Positions 37,945 through 51,181 are shown, counted from the whole stretch's first letter. The stretch is 63,783 nucleotides of DNA, filler included, from Chiloscyllium plagiosum (GCF_004010195.1; 4 parts of one record of this genome joined end to end with filler, not necessarily neighbours in it), one strand, 5' to 3'. Translations and numbers: made by a program. Notes: generated by a model from the letters alone, not told the origin.

Positions 37945-38258
37945 GACTTTTCCCCAGGGCAGGATTGACTGGCACGAGGGGTCATAGTTTTAAGATATTA
38001 GGAGAAAGGTATATAGGGGATGTCAGAGGAAGGTTCTTTACGCAGAGAGTTGTGAATGTATGGAATGCGTTGCCAGCGGTTGTGGTGGAAGCAGAGTCAT
38101 TAGGGACATTTAAGAGATTGCTGGACATGCACATGGATAGCAATGAATTGAGGGTTGTGTTGGTTAAATTATTTTATTTTACATTAGGATTAATCCTCAG
38201 CACAACATCGTGGGCCAAAGGGCCTGTTCTGTGCTGTACTTTTCTATGCTCTATATTC
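37945..38258 (+). mobile_element. CR1 3' end, same subfamily as 19432-21221
   Basis: TRGHSFKILG...FFTQRVVNVWNALP; 3' UTR close to 21100-21221. Confidence 0.92.
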
Positions 38259-38264
38259 TATACA

Positions 38265-38585
38265 TATAGAATCATAGATCCCTACAGTGTGGAAACAGGC
38301 CATTTGGTTCAACAAGTCCACACTGACCCTCTGAAGAGTAACCCACCCAGACCGATTCACTTACCCTGGTACTCTACATTTACACCTAACCCACACATCC
38401 CTGAACACTATGGGCAATTTAGCATGGCCAATTCACCTAAACTGCACACCTTTGGACTGTGGGAGAAAACTAGAGCACCCAGAGGAAACCCATGCAGACA
38501 CGCGAGAATGTACAAACTCCACTCCTGAGGCTCGAACTGAACTGGGGGTCCCTGGCAGTGTGAGACAGCAGTGCTAACCACAATG
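38265..38585 (-). mobile_element. HE1-type V-SINE
   Basis: Reverse complement of HE1 head, V-core and tail (cagcagtgctaacca, ggaaacccatgcagacac). Confidence 0.88.
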
Positions 38586-39224
38586 ACCTAGCCAGACTTG
38601 AAATGCCAGCTCTGTTTCTATCTCCACAGATGCTGCCAGGTCTGCTGAGTTGCACCAGCACTTCCTATTTTTATTTCAGATCTGCTGTATCTGCAATATT
38701 TTGCTTTTATTTAGTCATCTGACCTCACAATACACAGGTTTTGCACTGTGTCCTTATACAGTGTGGGAGATTAATAATATTGAAGTGATCCAAAGACATA
38801 CTATACAACTCACCTATTCCAGGTATTGGCCAAATGAATAACATTGTACATATACTGTATTTATAAAGCAGTTACATAGGACCAAATGACACAAAATCAA
38901 GTACTTTGCAAAATTATTTATGTATTGGTATTTGCAGTACAATGGGAGCAAAATGATCACAGAAAATGCAGTGCAAATTGCTTTCAGAACATAGTTTCCA
39001 AGATGTGTGCTTTAGTTTAAAAAGCACAATCTGAGAAGCTGACTCCTGCTAGAAAACTGGATCCACTCCAAGATAAGGTCAATCGCCACAGTGCATCATG
39101 CTCATTTGGAGGCTTTCGAATGGTCTCCCAGAGATGAGTTGCTTTTCTGGGATCAAGGACAGTGACAGGCATATTTTGAAACCCTGTAAGTATTTCCAAA
39201 ATTTACTAAGAAATTGGCACAAAA

Positions 39225-40095
39225 ATAAATGGGAAGGCAAGTGGTTATGATGACACAAAGAGTCTGCAAAGGGATATAGGCAGATTAAGTGAGTAGGCAA
39301 AAGCTTGGCAGAGAAGATATAATGTGGCAAAAATGTGATTTTATGCACTTTGGCAGGAACAGGAGAACTAAATATTATTTAAATGGAGAAAGACCGTAAA
39401 AAGCTACAGAACAGTCATTTGGGAGTTCTGGTGCATGAATCACTAAAAGCTAGCATCCTAAGTGGATCAGGTATAAGGAAGACTAATGGAATGTCAGCCT
39501 TTATTTCAGAGAGAATGGAATATAAAAGTAGGGAGATATTGCTAAAATTAAGCAAGGCACTAGTTAAACCACATCTGGAACACCATGAACAGTTTTGGGT
39601 GCCTTATCTTAGGCAAGATATACTGACATTGAAGACAGTCCAGAGAATGTTCACATGGTTGATACTAGGTTTGGAGGCATTGTCTTATGAGGTGAGGTTG
39701 AGCAGATTGGACCTGTACTCATTGGAATTTAGAATGAGAGACACTCTTATTAAAATATAAAAGATTCTTAGGGGATATGGCAGGGTAGGTGCGGAGAGGT
39801 TGTTTCCCTTGTGAGACAGACTCGGACCAGAAGGTATCGTCTCAGAGTAAGTGGTTGCACATTTGAGACAGAGATGAGAGGAATTTCTTCTTTCAGAGGG
39901 CAGTGAAGTGATGAAATTCTTTACTGCAGAGGACTATCAAAGCGACATCATTGACTATATCCAATGCTAGTATAGGCAGAATGTCAAGCACTAAAGGAAT
40001 GGTGGGTTATGAGGAAAGTGGAGTTGAGTCAGTGAATGACAGAGCAGACTCGATGGGCTGAACAGTCTAGTTCTGCTCTTCTGTCTTATGACCTC
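39225..40095 (+). mobile_element. Old CR1 3' portion
   Basis: ORF 39383-39760 KALVKPHLEHHEQFWVPYLR...LYSLEFRMR. Confidence 0.85.
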
Positions 40096-41857
40096 ATCAT
40101 TACTTGTCCACCAAGTTAATTAGCAAATGAAATGGACAATGGACAGTAAATGCTGGTCAGCCAGGCATGCCCACATCCTGCAAAATGAATAACACAAAAA
40201 ATGGTCCTCGACTGCTGTTTTAAGAATGAAGTTCAATTGTTTAAAATCAGATCATTCATGGGTAGAAACTTATTTTGTGACAAATCCATTTATCCAGCTG
40301 GACCTAGTTAGCATTCCTAAATGCAATCAAGGAACAGTTTTAATGAAAAACATTTTGAAGAAATTACATTCTAAACCCCTGCTTGGTTGCACTGGTTGAT
40401 GTTGATTTTGCATTCGGCAATATGTAAATGTTTGGGCACAAAAATGAGAGAAGGAAACTTCTCAAACGAGTGCAATTTTGCGTCCAATTTGCACCCAGAC
40501 TGTTGACAGTGCTCAAAGGAGAAACCTTTTACCTTCATATTCAGTAGGACACTGGCGGTTTTTTTTAGCTGGACGATCATATCAAAAGAAATGCATTGCA
40601 AGGGAAATAAAGGGAACTAGCATCTAATACGAGATATTCTAGCTCCTTGAAGAAATGTTGTCCTACAATGTTCAAAGCAACCACTTGACTAAGGTGTTGA
40701 TTTCTGAGTAGAGTCTGATGGCTTGTTTTCAGGAGATCAGAAAAGATTGAGGACAGTGCACAACTCCTCAGCTGCCAACTTGGAATGACTTGGGCAAAGT
40801 GGAAGGCAACATGTAGAACAAGTGTAAAGTATTAAATAATAAACAGAAAATAAAACTGAAGATTGACTTTGGGTAAATTTGGGTTCAAATGGAAAAAGGC
40901 AAGGAGCAAGCTATAGCAAAAATACTTAATTGGAGGGGCTATTGGTTGAAAATGGAGCTGTCATTAGGTAACTTGGAGTCAAAGGATGGTAAATAACATT
41001 GTACATAAAATATACCAGCTTTAAGGAGGTGATGGTTTAGATACAGTCAAAGTATTCCAGGAGGGAAAAAGAGAACAAACAATGCCAGAGAACGACAAAG
41101 GGAGTAAAACAATGTAGCATCCAGGGAAATATGAAAGATGCCAAATTGTTAATACAATTGAGAACCAAGCTGAATGTGAAGCTCAGAGGCAAAATAGAAT
41201 AAAAAGGAAGGGGAAATAGAGTATATGAAAAGTGACAGCAGCCAACAGGGAATTCAAAAACCGTCCATTGACACACAAAGAGTAAAAGGTTAGTAAAGAG
41301 AGGGGTAAGTCCTAAATACAGGGCCGATGGACTGAAGAACTGCTAATGCTATACATTCGTTCCATAAAAGTTGCAAGGGTAATTGCAGCAAATACAGGCC
41401 AGTCAATTTTCCTCTCACCTTTTGCTCAGAAGAATAATACTAATGTCTCCAATCTATTCAGATCATTGAAGTTCCTCATATGCTGGAATCCACCTCATAA
41501 ATCTTTTATGTAACCTCTCCAAAGTTTCCGTAACCTTCCTGAGGCATTCAGAATTCAACACAATACTCCAGTTACAGGCAAACCAGTGGTGGGAACACTT
41601 TGAGAAACTATCATTCAAGACAAAATTTAAGTCACTTGGGAAGATGTTAATATTAAATTTTCATTGTAATGATGTGGAGCTGCCGGTGTTAGACTGGGGT
41701 TGACAAAGTTAAAAATCACATAATACCAGGTTATAGTGAAACAAGTTTATTTGAAAGTATAAGCTTTTGGAGCACTGCTCCTTCATCAGAAGCTAGTGAG
41801 GCAGGATCATTGGACACAGAATTTATAATAAAAGATCAAAGTTTTATACATCAGTTA

Positions 41858-43144
41858 AAGAACAAAGAGAACAAAGAAAATTTACAGCCCTCGGAACAGG
41901 CCCTTCGGCCCTCCAAATGTACTATCTAAACCTGTCGGTCAATTCCTAAACCTCTACTCCCCATCTATTCATGAATTTATCCAGACGCATCTTAAATGAA
42001 TCTACTGTGCTTGCCTCTACCACCTCTGCTGGCAACGTGTTCCAAACACCCACCACCCTCTGTGTGAAGTACTTGCCATGTGTATCCCCCTTAAACTTTT
42101 CACCTCTCACCTTGAAAGCGTGACCTCTCGCTATTGAATCCTTCACCCTGGGAAAATGCTTGTCTCTATCCACCCTGTCTATACCCTTCATGATTTTATA
42201 AACCTCAATCAGGTCCCCCCTCAATCTCCTTTTTCTAATGAAAATAAACCTAACCTACTCAACCTTTCTTCATAGCTAGCACCTTCCATACCAGGTAACA
42301 TCCTTGTAAACCTTCTGTGCACCCTCTCCAAAGCGTCCACATCCTTTTGGTAATGTGGCGACCAGACCTGTACACAGTATTCTAAATGTGGCCGAACCAA
42401 TGTCTTGTACAATGTTAACATGACTTGCCAGCTCTTATACTCAATACCCTGTCCAATGAAGGCAAGCATACTATATGCCTTCTTGACCACTCTATCCACC
42501 TATGCAGCAACCATCAGGGTACAATGGACCTGCACTCCCAGATTTCTCTGCCCATCAACTTTTCCCAATGCTCTTCCATTCATTGTATTATTCACTCTAG
42601 AATTAGTCTTGCCTAAATGCATCACTTCACATCTGTCTGGATTGAAATCCATCTGCCACCTTTCCGCCCAACTCTCCAGTCTATCTATATCCTCCTGTAT
42701 TATCTGACAATTCCTAATGCTTTCTGCTACTCCACCAATCTTTGTGTCATCTGCAAACTTGCTGATCATACCACCAATGCCCTCTTCTAGATCATTTATG
42801 TATATTACAAACAACAGTGGCCCCAACACTGACCCCTGTGGAATACCACTGGTCACCTTTCTCCATTTCGAGAAACTCCCTTCAACTACTACTGTCTCCT
42901 GTTGCTCAACTAGTTCTTTATCCACCTAGCTAGAACACCCTGTGTGACTATGTGACTTCACTTTCTCCATTAGTCTACCATGGGGAACCTTATCAAATGC
43001 CTTACTAAAGTCCATGTATATGACATCAACAGCCCTTCCTTCATCTATCAACTTGGTCACTTCCTTGAAGAACTCTATTAAGTTGGTAAAGCATGATCTC
43101 CCCCACACAAAACCATGTTGCCTATCACTGATAAGCCCATTCTT
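41858..43144 (-). mobile_element. CR1 LINE, RT to 3' tail, same subfamily as 1411-3194
   Basis: ORFs 42926-43153, 42500-42925, 42221-42499 and 41946-42224; TTCTTTG-type tail. Confidence 0.95.
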
Positions 43145-43205
43145 GTATGGCACTTTGATATTTTATGATAAAGTCTGTGTCCTATGATCCTGCCACACTA
43201 GCTAC

Positions 43206-43234
43206 CTGAAGAAGGAGCAGTGCTCCGAAAGTTT
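43206..43234 (+). ncRNA. Minimal hammerhead ribozyme motif, family B
   Basis: CUGAAGA-A-GGAGC-AGU-GCUCC-GAAA-GUUU; core and 5-bp stem II intact, stem III palindrome mutated. Confidence 0.6.
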
Positions 43235-46149
43235 ATGCTTTCAAATAAACCTATTGGACTATAACCTGGTATTGTGCGATTTTTAACTTTGCTAATTGTA
43301 AGAAAATGAATTCCCAATTTGTTGAAGGCAACTCATGTTCAATTTGATAACTTTTTTTTGAGAAGGTTAATGTGGTTATAATTCTGTATCTCATGAAGAG
43401 TTAAGAGAATAACATAAAACACAATCACATCATGACTTAATCCACGAAGGTATTGGGCAACAGTTTTGAACATTGCTTTGTTCTGCAGGATGCAGGAGCT
43501 GGAGAAAATAAGATGAGTCACCTATAATTTAAAAGAAAGACCCATTATGCTATTTGTAGATGTTTAAAGAATGTAAAAAGTCATTAGTCTGTCAAGTAGG
43601 AAGCTCACATATTTCTTATGGATTTTCTCAATGAGGCCCATTTCATCGCAAAGTTATGCAAGCAGAATATGAATTATTTTATTCAGATCTTACTGTTATC
43701 TCCATTATTCTACTCAATAGCAGATTGTTTGATGTTTGCAATATGTTTTTTACATTTTGTATAACATGGGCCATTTGCAAAATATCATTACATAAAGATA
43801 CAACCACAGGACAACCACAGGATTAATATGTAATATTGAATACGTCCTTTTCTTGCAGCATTCATGCAAGCTACATTTGGCACAGATTTAGATCAGTTCC
43901 AGAGCCTGTAATTGAATCCTTTGGCTAAAGATGTGTAAATAAAATTGCATCCAGATTGCTTTAAAATGCATGTTTTGGTTATTTCTTCCTAGTTCAATTT
44001 ACCTTGCTTTTCTTACTCTTCTGTATTCAAGATTATGAAGGCTTTTTTTGCATTTCAATGTATGTAACCACTTACATTTAGAAATTAAGGGATTTGCCAA
44101 GTTTCATCCTGTATTCATTGCCAATCTTTGCCACCGATGAAATATTCATTGGTTCAGCTCCAACGCTTCGGTGTAGCACTGTTGGACATACTTTCAGTTG
44201 AGATGTTTAACCGAGGTGCTATCTGACCTCTTTGTTGGAAACTATTTGAGGAGAAGTCTTGAAGTGGCCTGGCTAACAATTGTTACTTTGAAGGTCCTCC
44301 TTTCTTAGCTTCAGCCCTTGCCTGAGGTGTGGTGACACTCAGTTTAAACTACCACCAGACATCTCTCTCTAATGAGAGAGCTGTCCTATAATCCTCTGGC
44401 ACTATGGTGACCTTACCTTTACCTCCCTTCACTGAATATCACTAAGATAAATTAATGGGTTAATTAGCTCATTGCTTCTTGCGTGTAAAATTTATCGCTC
44501 ATCATCTTGGTATGTCAATTGGAATAGCTTTTCTGTAGTTACTTGAGAAACATAGCAAAACTAATTTAGTAGATTGTACCCTCCAGTTCATTAGCATGTA
44601 TACCAGAGTAATCTCAGAAGGCTGACACAACTTGCTACTTGCATCCTGCTTGCTGGACCGGTAATGCAAACTGTGATCCAAGCAGACTTGTTCTTCCTTG
44701 CTGCCAAGGTGCACCTTCATGAGCCACTGTTAGTGCTACAGACTTGGTGCTGTACCATGGTGTACAAAGTGGCAAAATGCATCTATGTAACCAGTTTATT
44801 GGCTCAGTTGTTGAAATGACTCAGTTTGCGTCAGGAACTTTGATGCTTCCAATGTAGGTATGCTGCTGTTTAATACCAAAGGTGATTGAAGACCTGAAAG
44901 TTTCTAATTATGGCTTGTTCAGGCTTTGATCCAGTTGTCTAAACAGGAAGACACATACTGGGCAACAGGAAGTGTGAGAGTGCGTTGCAGCAAAAAGGGG
45001 CAATGGGCAAAGATAACTGGGCAACAGAACAAATGATAGCATAGAAACAGCAGAATTTAATCAGAGGAAAAAGAAGGAAAGCTAATTAACACACATGAAT
45101 TCCTACACCAAGCTCATGTGAGGAGTGTTATAATAAAGACTAAATAAAAGCAAATTACCACAGATGCCAGAAATCTGAAATTGAAACATAAAATGCTAAT
45201 TAAACTCAGGAAGTCTGGCAGCATCTCCACAGATCAGGTCTTTTCCCAGCATTTTGTGTTACTTATAATTAAAGTCAAATTAAAATCAATGACTTCGAGT
45301 AAAGTTGCCATCTGGAGACATGCTGTGGTGATCATAGAGGAGTTTAAGTATGGGTAGAAATGGGAACTAAGCAACATTAGGGAAGAACACATTAGGCAGG
45401 AGGTGAAGGCCTTGCTGAGCACACAATGGTTTATCAGGAAAATACTGAGAATGAGGGGCTTCAGTTTCTGGAGAGTATGGAGAAGCTGGGACTGTTTTTA
45501 CAGTCTCTTTCAGAGAAGACTGATCAAACACGTTCAAAACAATGAGGGTATTTGTTTCCTTTGGAAATTGGAACAACATCCACAGATCATAAATGTAAAG
45601 AAATTAGATTTAAAGTAATTGACAAATGAATGTAAGAGAAATCATTTCAAACTGAGGGTCGTTATGATGCAGAATGAAACACCATGATTCTTGAAGAACT
45701 TTCAAATGGTAATTGGACAGATATTTGAAGAGAACTAATTATCAGAGTCACAGAGGAAAAGCTGTGATTTGAGATTAAAAAGCCAAGGTTTGGACTGCTC
45801 CAATAAGAAAGTGGTAGAGCTACAATAGGTCCTTTCTGCAGTATAAGATTCAATGTAGGTTAAACATCACAAGGATATTGATGCGATACTCTGAAATATG
45901 GATACAAGTTGAAGGATAACCTTACACCGTGAGTCGGTAAGCCCTGGACCATCATCTTAATTGGAGAATTCCCATCAATGTTTAAGAGGGCTAAAGGGAT
46001 GTAAGTGACATCCATTCATGGTAAACTGCTCATAAATATGTAAATAGTTGCTCATTTGGGTGCTTATGAGGAGTTTGCATAATCTCTCAAAATATAACCT
46101 ATTCTGTAGATTATGATATTACTAATTCTATTCTTTTTCTGTCAACCAA

Positions 46150-46515
46150 TGACAGCACTTTTGACTGGAATTTAGAAAGCTATGTGCTCAAAACTGATTG
46201 CACAATGACAGCACTAGAGTACTGAACATTGTTGGAGGTGCTGGCTAATGTTAAATCAATCCATCAGGACCAAAGGATTTGAAAGATCTCATGGCTTTAT
46301 TGGAAGAGCCCAGCAGTTTTCCTGAGGTAGTAGTTAACATTAATCTCTCAATCACCATCACCAACAATAGGGTGACAGGTCTTTATATCATTCTTGTATG
46401 TGTAATAGCTACAATATTTCATTGAATTACTTTTTAATTGGGGTCATTCATTGGAAAGCACTTTGGGACATATGAAGGAGGTGAAAGATGCTTTATAAAT
46501 GCAAGTTCTTCCTTT
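46150..46515 (+). mobile_element. DeuSINE-like (SacSINE1-type) remnant
   Basis: ttgttggaggtgct...aaagatctcatggctttattggaagag...aagcactttgggaca...gtgaaagatgctttataaatgcaagt; a related piece lies at 44175-44280. Confidence 0.65.
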
Positions 46516-47204
46516 CACTCATTTAAAGGTAAATTTGAGTGACACTGCATATTATAAAGAGCTGTTTGAAATATAACTAACTTTGAAATCAAAGAGATAG
46601 ATTCTAATAGAACCATAACGCTCACAATTTGATCTCTACTGGGATTCTTCCACCCTTGAATTGGCCTGAGAATGGTATATTGGGATAAATGTAGCAAGTC
46701 TGACCATCCACAAATTAATAAAAATGGATTTACCATCCAAGATTGTTTTGCTCAGGGACAGTGGTATAAGTTTTCGGGTAAGAGTTGCAGGGGGAATATT
46801 AGGAAGAATTTCTTTATTCAGTGAGCGGTGAGGAACTGGAACTCATTGCCCACAAAGCTGGTGGAGGCAGAGATCATTAATGATTTCAAGGATACTCAAT
46901 AGTCTCAAAATAAAATTGGATATATACTTGAAGGAAATGTTACCAGAATAGAGCAATGAGAAAATGAGGGAGCTGGTGGTGTAGTGGTTACATCAGTTAA
47001 TTAGCAATCCAGAACCAAAAGTTAATATTCCAGGTTGAAATTTCACCATGACAGATTGTGAAGTTCGAATGAATTTTTTAAAATATCTAGAATTAAAAGA
47101 TAGCGACCCTGTGATTCTCATTGATAACTTTGATTCTCATTAAAGTTCATATATTTCACTAATATCATTTGATGAAGGTAATCTATCATTAATTTACCTA
47201 GATG

Positions 47205-47545
47205 ATGGCCTAGTGATATTATCACTGAACTATTAATCGAGAGACCTTGAGATCTGGGGTCATGGGTTTGAATCCTGCCATGGCAGATAGTGGAATTTGA
47301 ATTCAATTTAAAAAAAACCTAGTATTAGGAGCCTAATGAAGACCATGAAACCATTGTTGATTATCAGGAAAAACTCATCTAGTTCACAAATGTCCTTTAT
47401 GAAAGGAAATCTGCCATTCTCACCTAGCCTGGCCTACATGTGACTCCAAATTCACAGCAATATGGTTGATGTTGAACTACCTAATTAGGGATCGACAAAA
47501 AATGCTGTGCTAGTCAGCGATATCCAAAATCCATGCATGAATTAA
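47205..47545 (+). mobile_element. tRNA-derived SINE with LINE-like tail
   Basis: TGGCCTAGTG A-box-like and GGGTTTGAATCC B-box-like motifs; same core as 34170; a partial copy lies at 46965-47110. Confidence 0.78.
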
Positions 47546-47560
47546 GTAAATCCTTATTCA

Positions 47561-47768
47561 AGATTAGAGCAGTGCTGGAAAAGCACAGCAGGTCAGGCAG
47601 CATTTGAGGAGCAGGAAAATTGACGTTTCGGGCACTGAACTGGAAAGGGCTTTTGCCTGAAACGTCGATTTTACTGGTCCTCGGATGCTGCCTGACCTAC
47701 TGTGCTTTTCCAGCACCCCACTCTAATCTTGACTCTAACCTCCAGCATCTGCAGTACCCATTTCTGCC
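47561..47768. mobile_element. Fold-back PLE derivative, family A, with a perfect 14-bp TSD
   Basis: About 75-bp inverted arms; TAAATCCTTATTCA at 47547-47560 and 47769-47782. Confidence 0.92.
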
Positions 47769-48524
47769 TAAATCCTTATTCAGTCCAGTCTAAATGTAAC
47801 TCCAGATCCACCGCAATGTAGTTGACTCTTAACTATCCTCTGAAATGGCCTAGCAAGCCACTCAGTTGCTTACAAAATCTAAAGGAAAGAAACTGCAAAA
47901 TCCATTTGCCATTGACCAAGGTAAAAACAACAAACAAGTGACACAGCAAACTCAGAGGTATCAACCCTGTAAAGTCCTCCTTTCCAATATCTAGAGGTTT
48001 GTGCTGGAAGATTGTTCCAAAGACTAGTCAATCAACAGCCTGACTTAGTCACACTCTCAGAATCAAATTTTACAGACAATATCCCAGACAACACCATCCC
48101 TGGGTATGCCCTGTCCCACCAATGGAGGTGGCAGCACAGTTATATGCCGGACAGGAGTTGCTCTGGAGCCTTCAACAATGACTCTGGACCCAATGAAGTC
48201 TCATGGCATCAGATGAACAAGGAAACCATGTGCTGATTACCACATACTATGTCACTAACACCCCACACATCCACACCGCCCCACCTCGACTGATGAATCA
48301 GTGCTCCTCAATGTCGAACATAACTTGGGGGAAGCAATAAAGGTGGAAAGGATGCTGAATGTACTTAAGGATGGTTATCTTCAATGTCCATCACCAACAG
48401 TGGTTTGGTATCATCACTGCAGATGAGCTGGCCGAAATCTCAGGGAGCTGCTAGACTGGGTCTGAGGCAGATGGTGAGAGACGTTGTCTATCATAGATGC
48501 ATTGTTCCATGACAGTATCAGTAG

Positions 48525-49045
48525 GGGACGTTGGTTAGGCCACTTTTGGAATACTGTGTTCAATTCTGATCTCCCTACCAACGGGAAGGTGCTGTGAAAC
48601 TTAAAAGGGTTCAGAAAAGATTTACAAGGATGTTGTCTGGTTTGAGCTACAGGGAGAGACTGAATAGACTGGGGCTATTTTCCTGAGGATCAGAAGCTGA
48701 GGGGTAAGCTTATAGAGGGGCATGGATAGGGTGAATAGTCAAGGCTTTTTTCCCCCCAGAGTAGGGGAGTCCAAAACTGGAGGGCATAGGTTTAAGGAGA
48801 GAGGAGAAAGATTTAAAAGAGATGCGAGGAGTAACCTTTTCACACAGAGGGTAGTGTGCGTAGAAATGTACTGCCAGAGGAAGTGGTGGAGGCTGGTATA
48901 ATTGCAACATTTAAAAGGCATCTGGATGGGTATATGAATAGAAGGGTTTAGAGGGATATGTGCCAAATGGGACTGGATTAATATAGAATATCTGGTTTGT
49001 ATGGATGAATTGGACCAAATGGTCTCTTTTCCATAATGTATAACC
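48525..49045 (+). mobile_element. CR1 (HER1-like) 3' end
   Basis: ttggttaggccacttttggaatactg through the 3' UTR, homologous to 346-972. Confidence 0.9.
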
Positions 49046-49835
49046 ATACGAGTGACCACCATACAATTATTTGGGACATAATCTCATCTTCACATTGAGG
49101 AAATCCTCTATCTAATTATATCATACCTTTAGTGGATGGGTCAATAACCAGGGTCACAACTTTAAGGCAAGGAGCAGGAGGCTTAGAGGGGTTTTGATGA
49201 ACAAATTCACTGCCTAATTGGGTGGAGAAACAGGAACCCTCAGGTATTTAAGAACTATTTAGATCAACACTTGAAATATCAGTGTATAGGCCAATTGCTG
49301 GAAATGGGAATAGATTGGATAGATGTTTGATAACCAATATAGACATGATGGGCCAAAGGGCCTCTTTTTAATCAGTAAAACATCTCTGAATCTACCATGA
49401 GTTGGATGGGATAGATTTTAAACAGATCCAGCAGCAGAATTTTATTCAACCACAATCTGAAACTTCATGATCAACATATCTCCATTATCCTAATACCAAC
49501 CCTGTTCAATGAACAGTGAAGTAGGACATGTCAGGAGCAACACCAGGCAAACTTAATAATGAGGCATCAATTTGGTGAAGCTACCACACAGGTTGCTAAA
49601 CAGATACAGCATGCAATTGGCAGGGCTAAGCAACTCACAATAAATCAGACCTCAGCTCTGCCATCTTGCCAGATCCAGTTGGGAGGACAAGCAATAATCC
49701 AACTTCAGCCCGAATGCTGAGTGGATGAGCCAGCTTGGCTTCTTCTTGAGGTCCCAGCATCACACATGCCAATCATCATCCAAAAGAGAAAATGCTGGAA
49801 AATCTCAGCAGGTCTGGCAGCATCTGTACGGAGAT

Positions 49836-50184
49836 GGTGGGCGGCACGGTGGCAGGTGGGCGGCACGGTGGCACAGTGGTTAGCACTGCTGCCTCACAGC
49901 GCCAGAGACCTGGGTTCAATTCCCGCCTCAGGCGACTGACTGTGTGGAGTTTGCACATTCTCCCCGTGTCTGCGTGGGTTTCCTCCGGGTGCTCCGGTTT
50001 CCTCCCACAGTCCAAAGATGTGCAGGTTAGGTGAATTGGCCATGCTAAATTGCCCTTAGTGTTAGATAAGAGGTAAATGTAGGGGTGGGTTGCGCTTCGG
50101 CGGGTCGGTGTGGACTTGTTGGGCCGAAGGGCCTGTTTCCACACTGTAATGTAATCTAATCTAATGTAATGTAATCTAATCTAA
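49836..50184 (+). mobile_element. Young full-length HE1 V-SINE
   Basis: A box 49869-49879, B box 49913-49923, V-core, many CpGs intact, TAATC-type tail. Confidence 0.95.
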
Positions 50185-50280
50185 AAGAGCTGACGTTTGG
50201 AGTCTAAGTGACCCTTTGTCAAATCTAAAAAAAGGGAGAAATAGAGAGGTATTTATATTAGGCTGAGAGAATGTGAGTCT

Positions 50281-50575
50281 TAGATTAGATTTACTTAGAT
50301 TACTTACAGTGTGGAAACAGGCCCTTCAGCCCAACAAGTCCACACCAACCCACTCAGGCCCATTCCCCTACATTTACCCCTGCACCTAACACTACGGGCA
50401 ATTTAGCATGGCCAATTCACCTGGCCTGCACATTTTTGGACTGTGGGAAGAAACCGGAGCACCCTGGAGGAAACCCACGCAGACACGTGCAAACTCCACA
50501 CAGTCAGTCGCCTGAGGCGGGAATTGAACCTGGGTCTGGCGCTGTGAGGCAGCAGTGCTGACTACTGTGCACTGT
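50281..50575 (-). mobile_element. HE1 V-SINE
   Basis: Reverse complement of the copy at 49858-50160. Confidence 0.93.
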
Positions 50576-50904
50576 GTCTGGCTCCAGAGTCATGACTCCA
50601 GAAGCAAAGGTAGCAATAAAGAGGTGATAATGACAGTGCATAGAGATTATAGGGAGATTAGGAGCTGTGAATGCTGAGAATTTCCAGCATTTTCTCTTTT
50701 GGTTTCAGATTCCAGCATCCGCAGTAATTTGCTTTTATCCAATTGTCATCCAATTTGATTCAGTCCACATGATATCTAGAAACAGTTGAAGGCAGTGGAT
50801 ACTTCAAAGACAATAGGCCTTGACGTTATTCTGGCAAAAGTACTGAAGAGCTGAGATTCATAACTAGTTGTACCATTAACCAAACTATCCAGCACAGTTT
50901 CTTT

Positions 50905-51181
50905 TTCAGAATCCCTACAGTGTGGAAACAGGTAATTTGACCCAACAAGTCCACACCGATCCTGTGAAGAGCAACCCAGCCAGACCCATTCCCCTACCCT
51001 ATTTCTCTACACTAATCCCTGATTAATGCATCTAACCTTAAACATCCATGAACACTATGGGCAATTTACCTTTGGCCAATTCAACTGACCTGCATATCTC
51101 TGGATTGTGGAAGGAAAGCTGAGCACCCAGAGGAAACACACGCAGACATGGGGAGAATGTGCAAACTCCACACAGACAGTT
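50905..51181 (-). mobile_element. HE1 V-SINE, 5'-truncated
   Basis: V-core and tail on the minus strand, similar to 38265-38585. Confidence 0.88.

Larger units (their letters stand above)
41670..43291. mobile_element. Long fold-back PLE derivative, family B, split centrally by a CR1
   Basis: About 145-bp inverted arms at 41704-41850 and 43145-43291, each with a hammerhead-like motif; ATTGTAA present on both flanks. Confidence 0.85.
49784..50738. mobile_element. Fold-back PLE derivative, family C, hosting two HE1 SINEs
   Basis: aagagaaaatgctggaaaatctcagca is inverted with tgctgagaatttccagcattttctctt; TSD-like CCAATCATCATCCAA (49769-49783) and CCAATTGTCATCCAA (50739-50753). Confidence 0.85.
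47783..50900 (+). mobile_element. Old LINE 5' part (AP-endonuclease) carrying several nested insertions
   Basis: ORF 48012 RLVNQQPDLVTLSES...IPGYALSH is endonuclease-like; homology resumes at 49430-49780 and 50740-50900. Confidence 0.65.

Noticed and set aside
49858..49930. tRNA gene candidates (A/B boxes here and at 18620, 37210, 54662)
   Set aside because: They are SINE heads continuing into SINE bodies and tails, with no complete cloverleaf.
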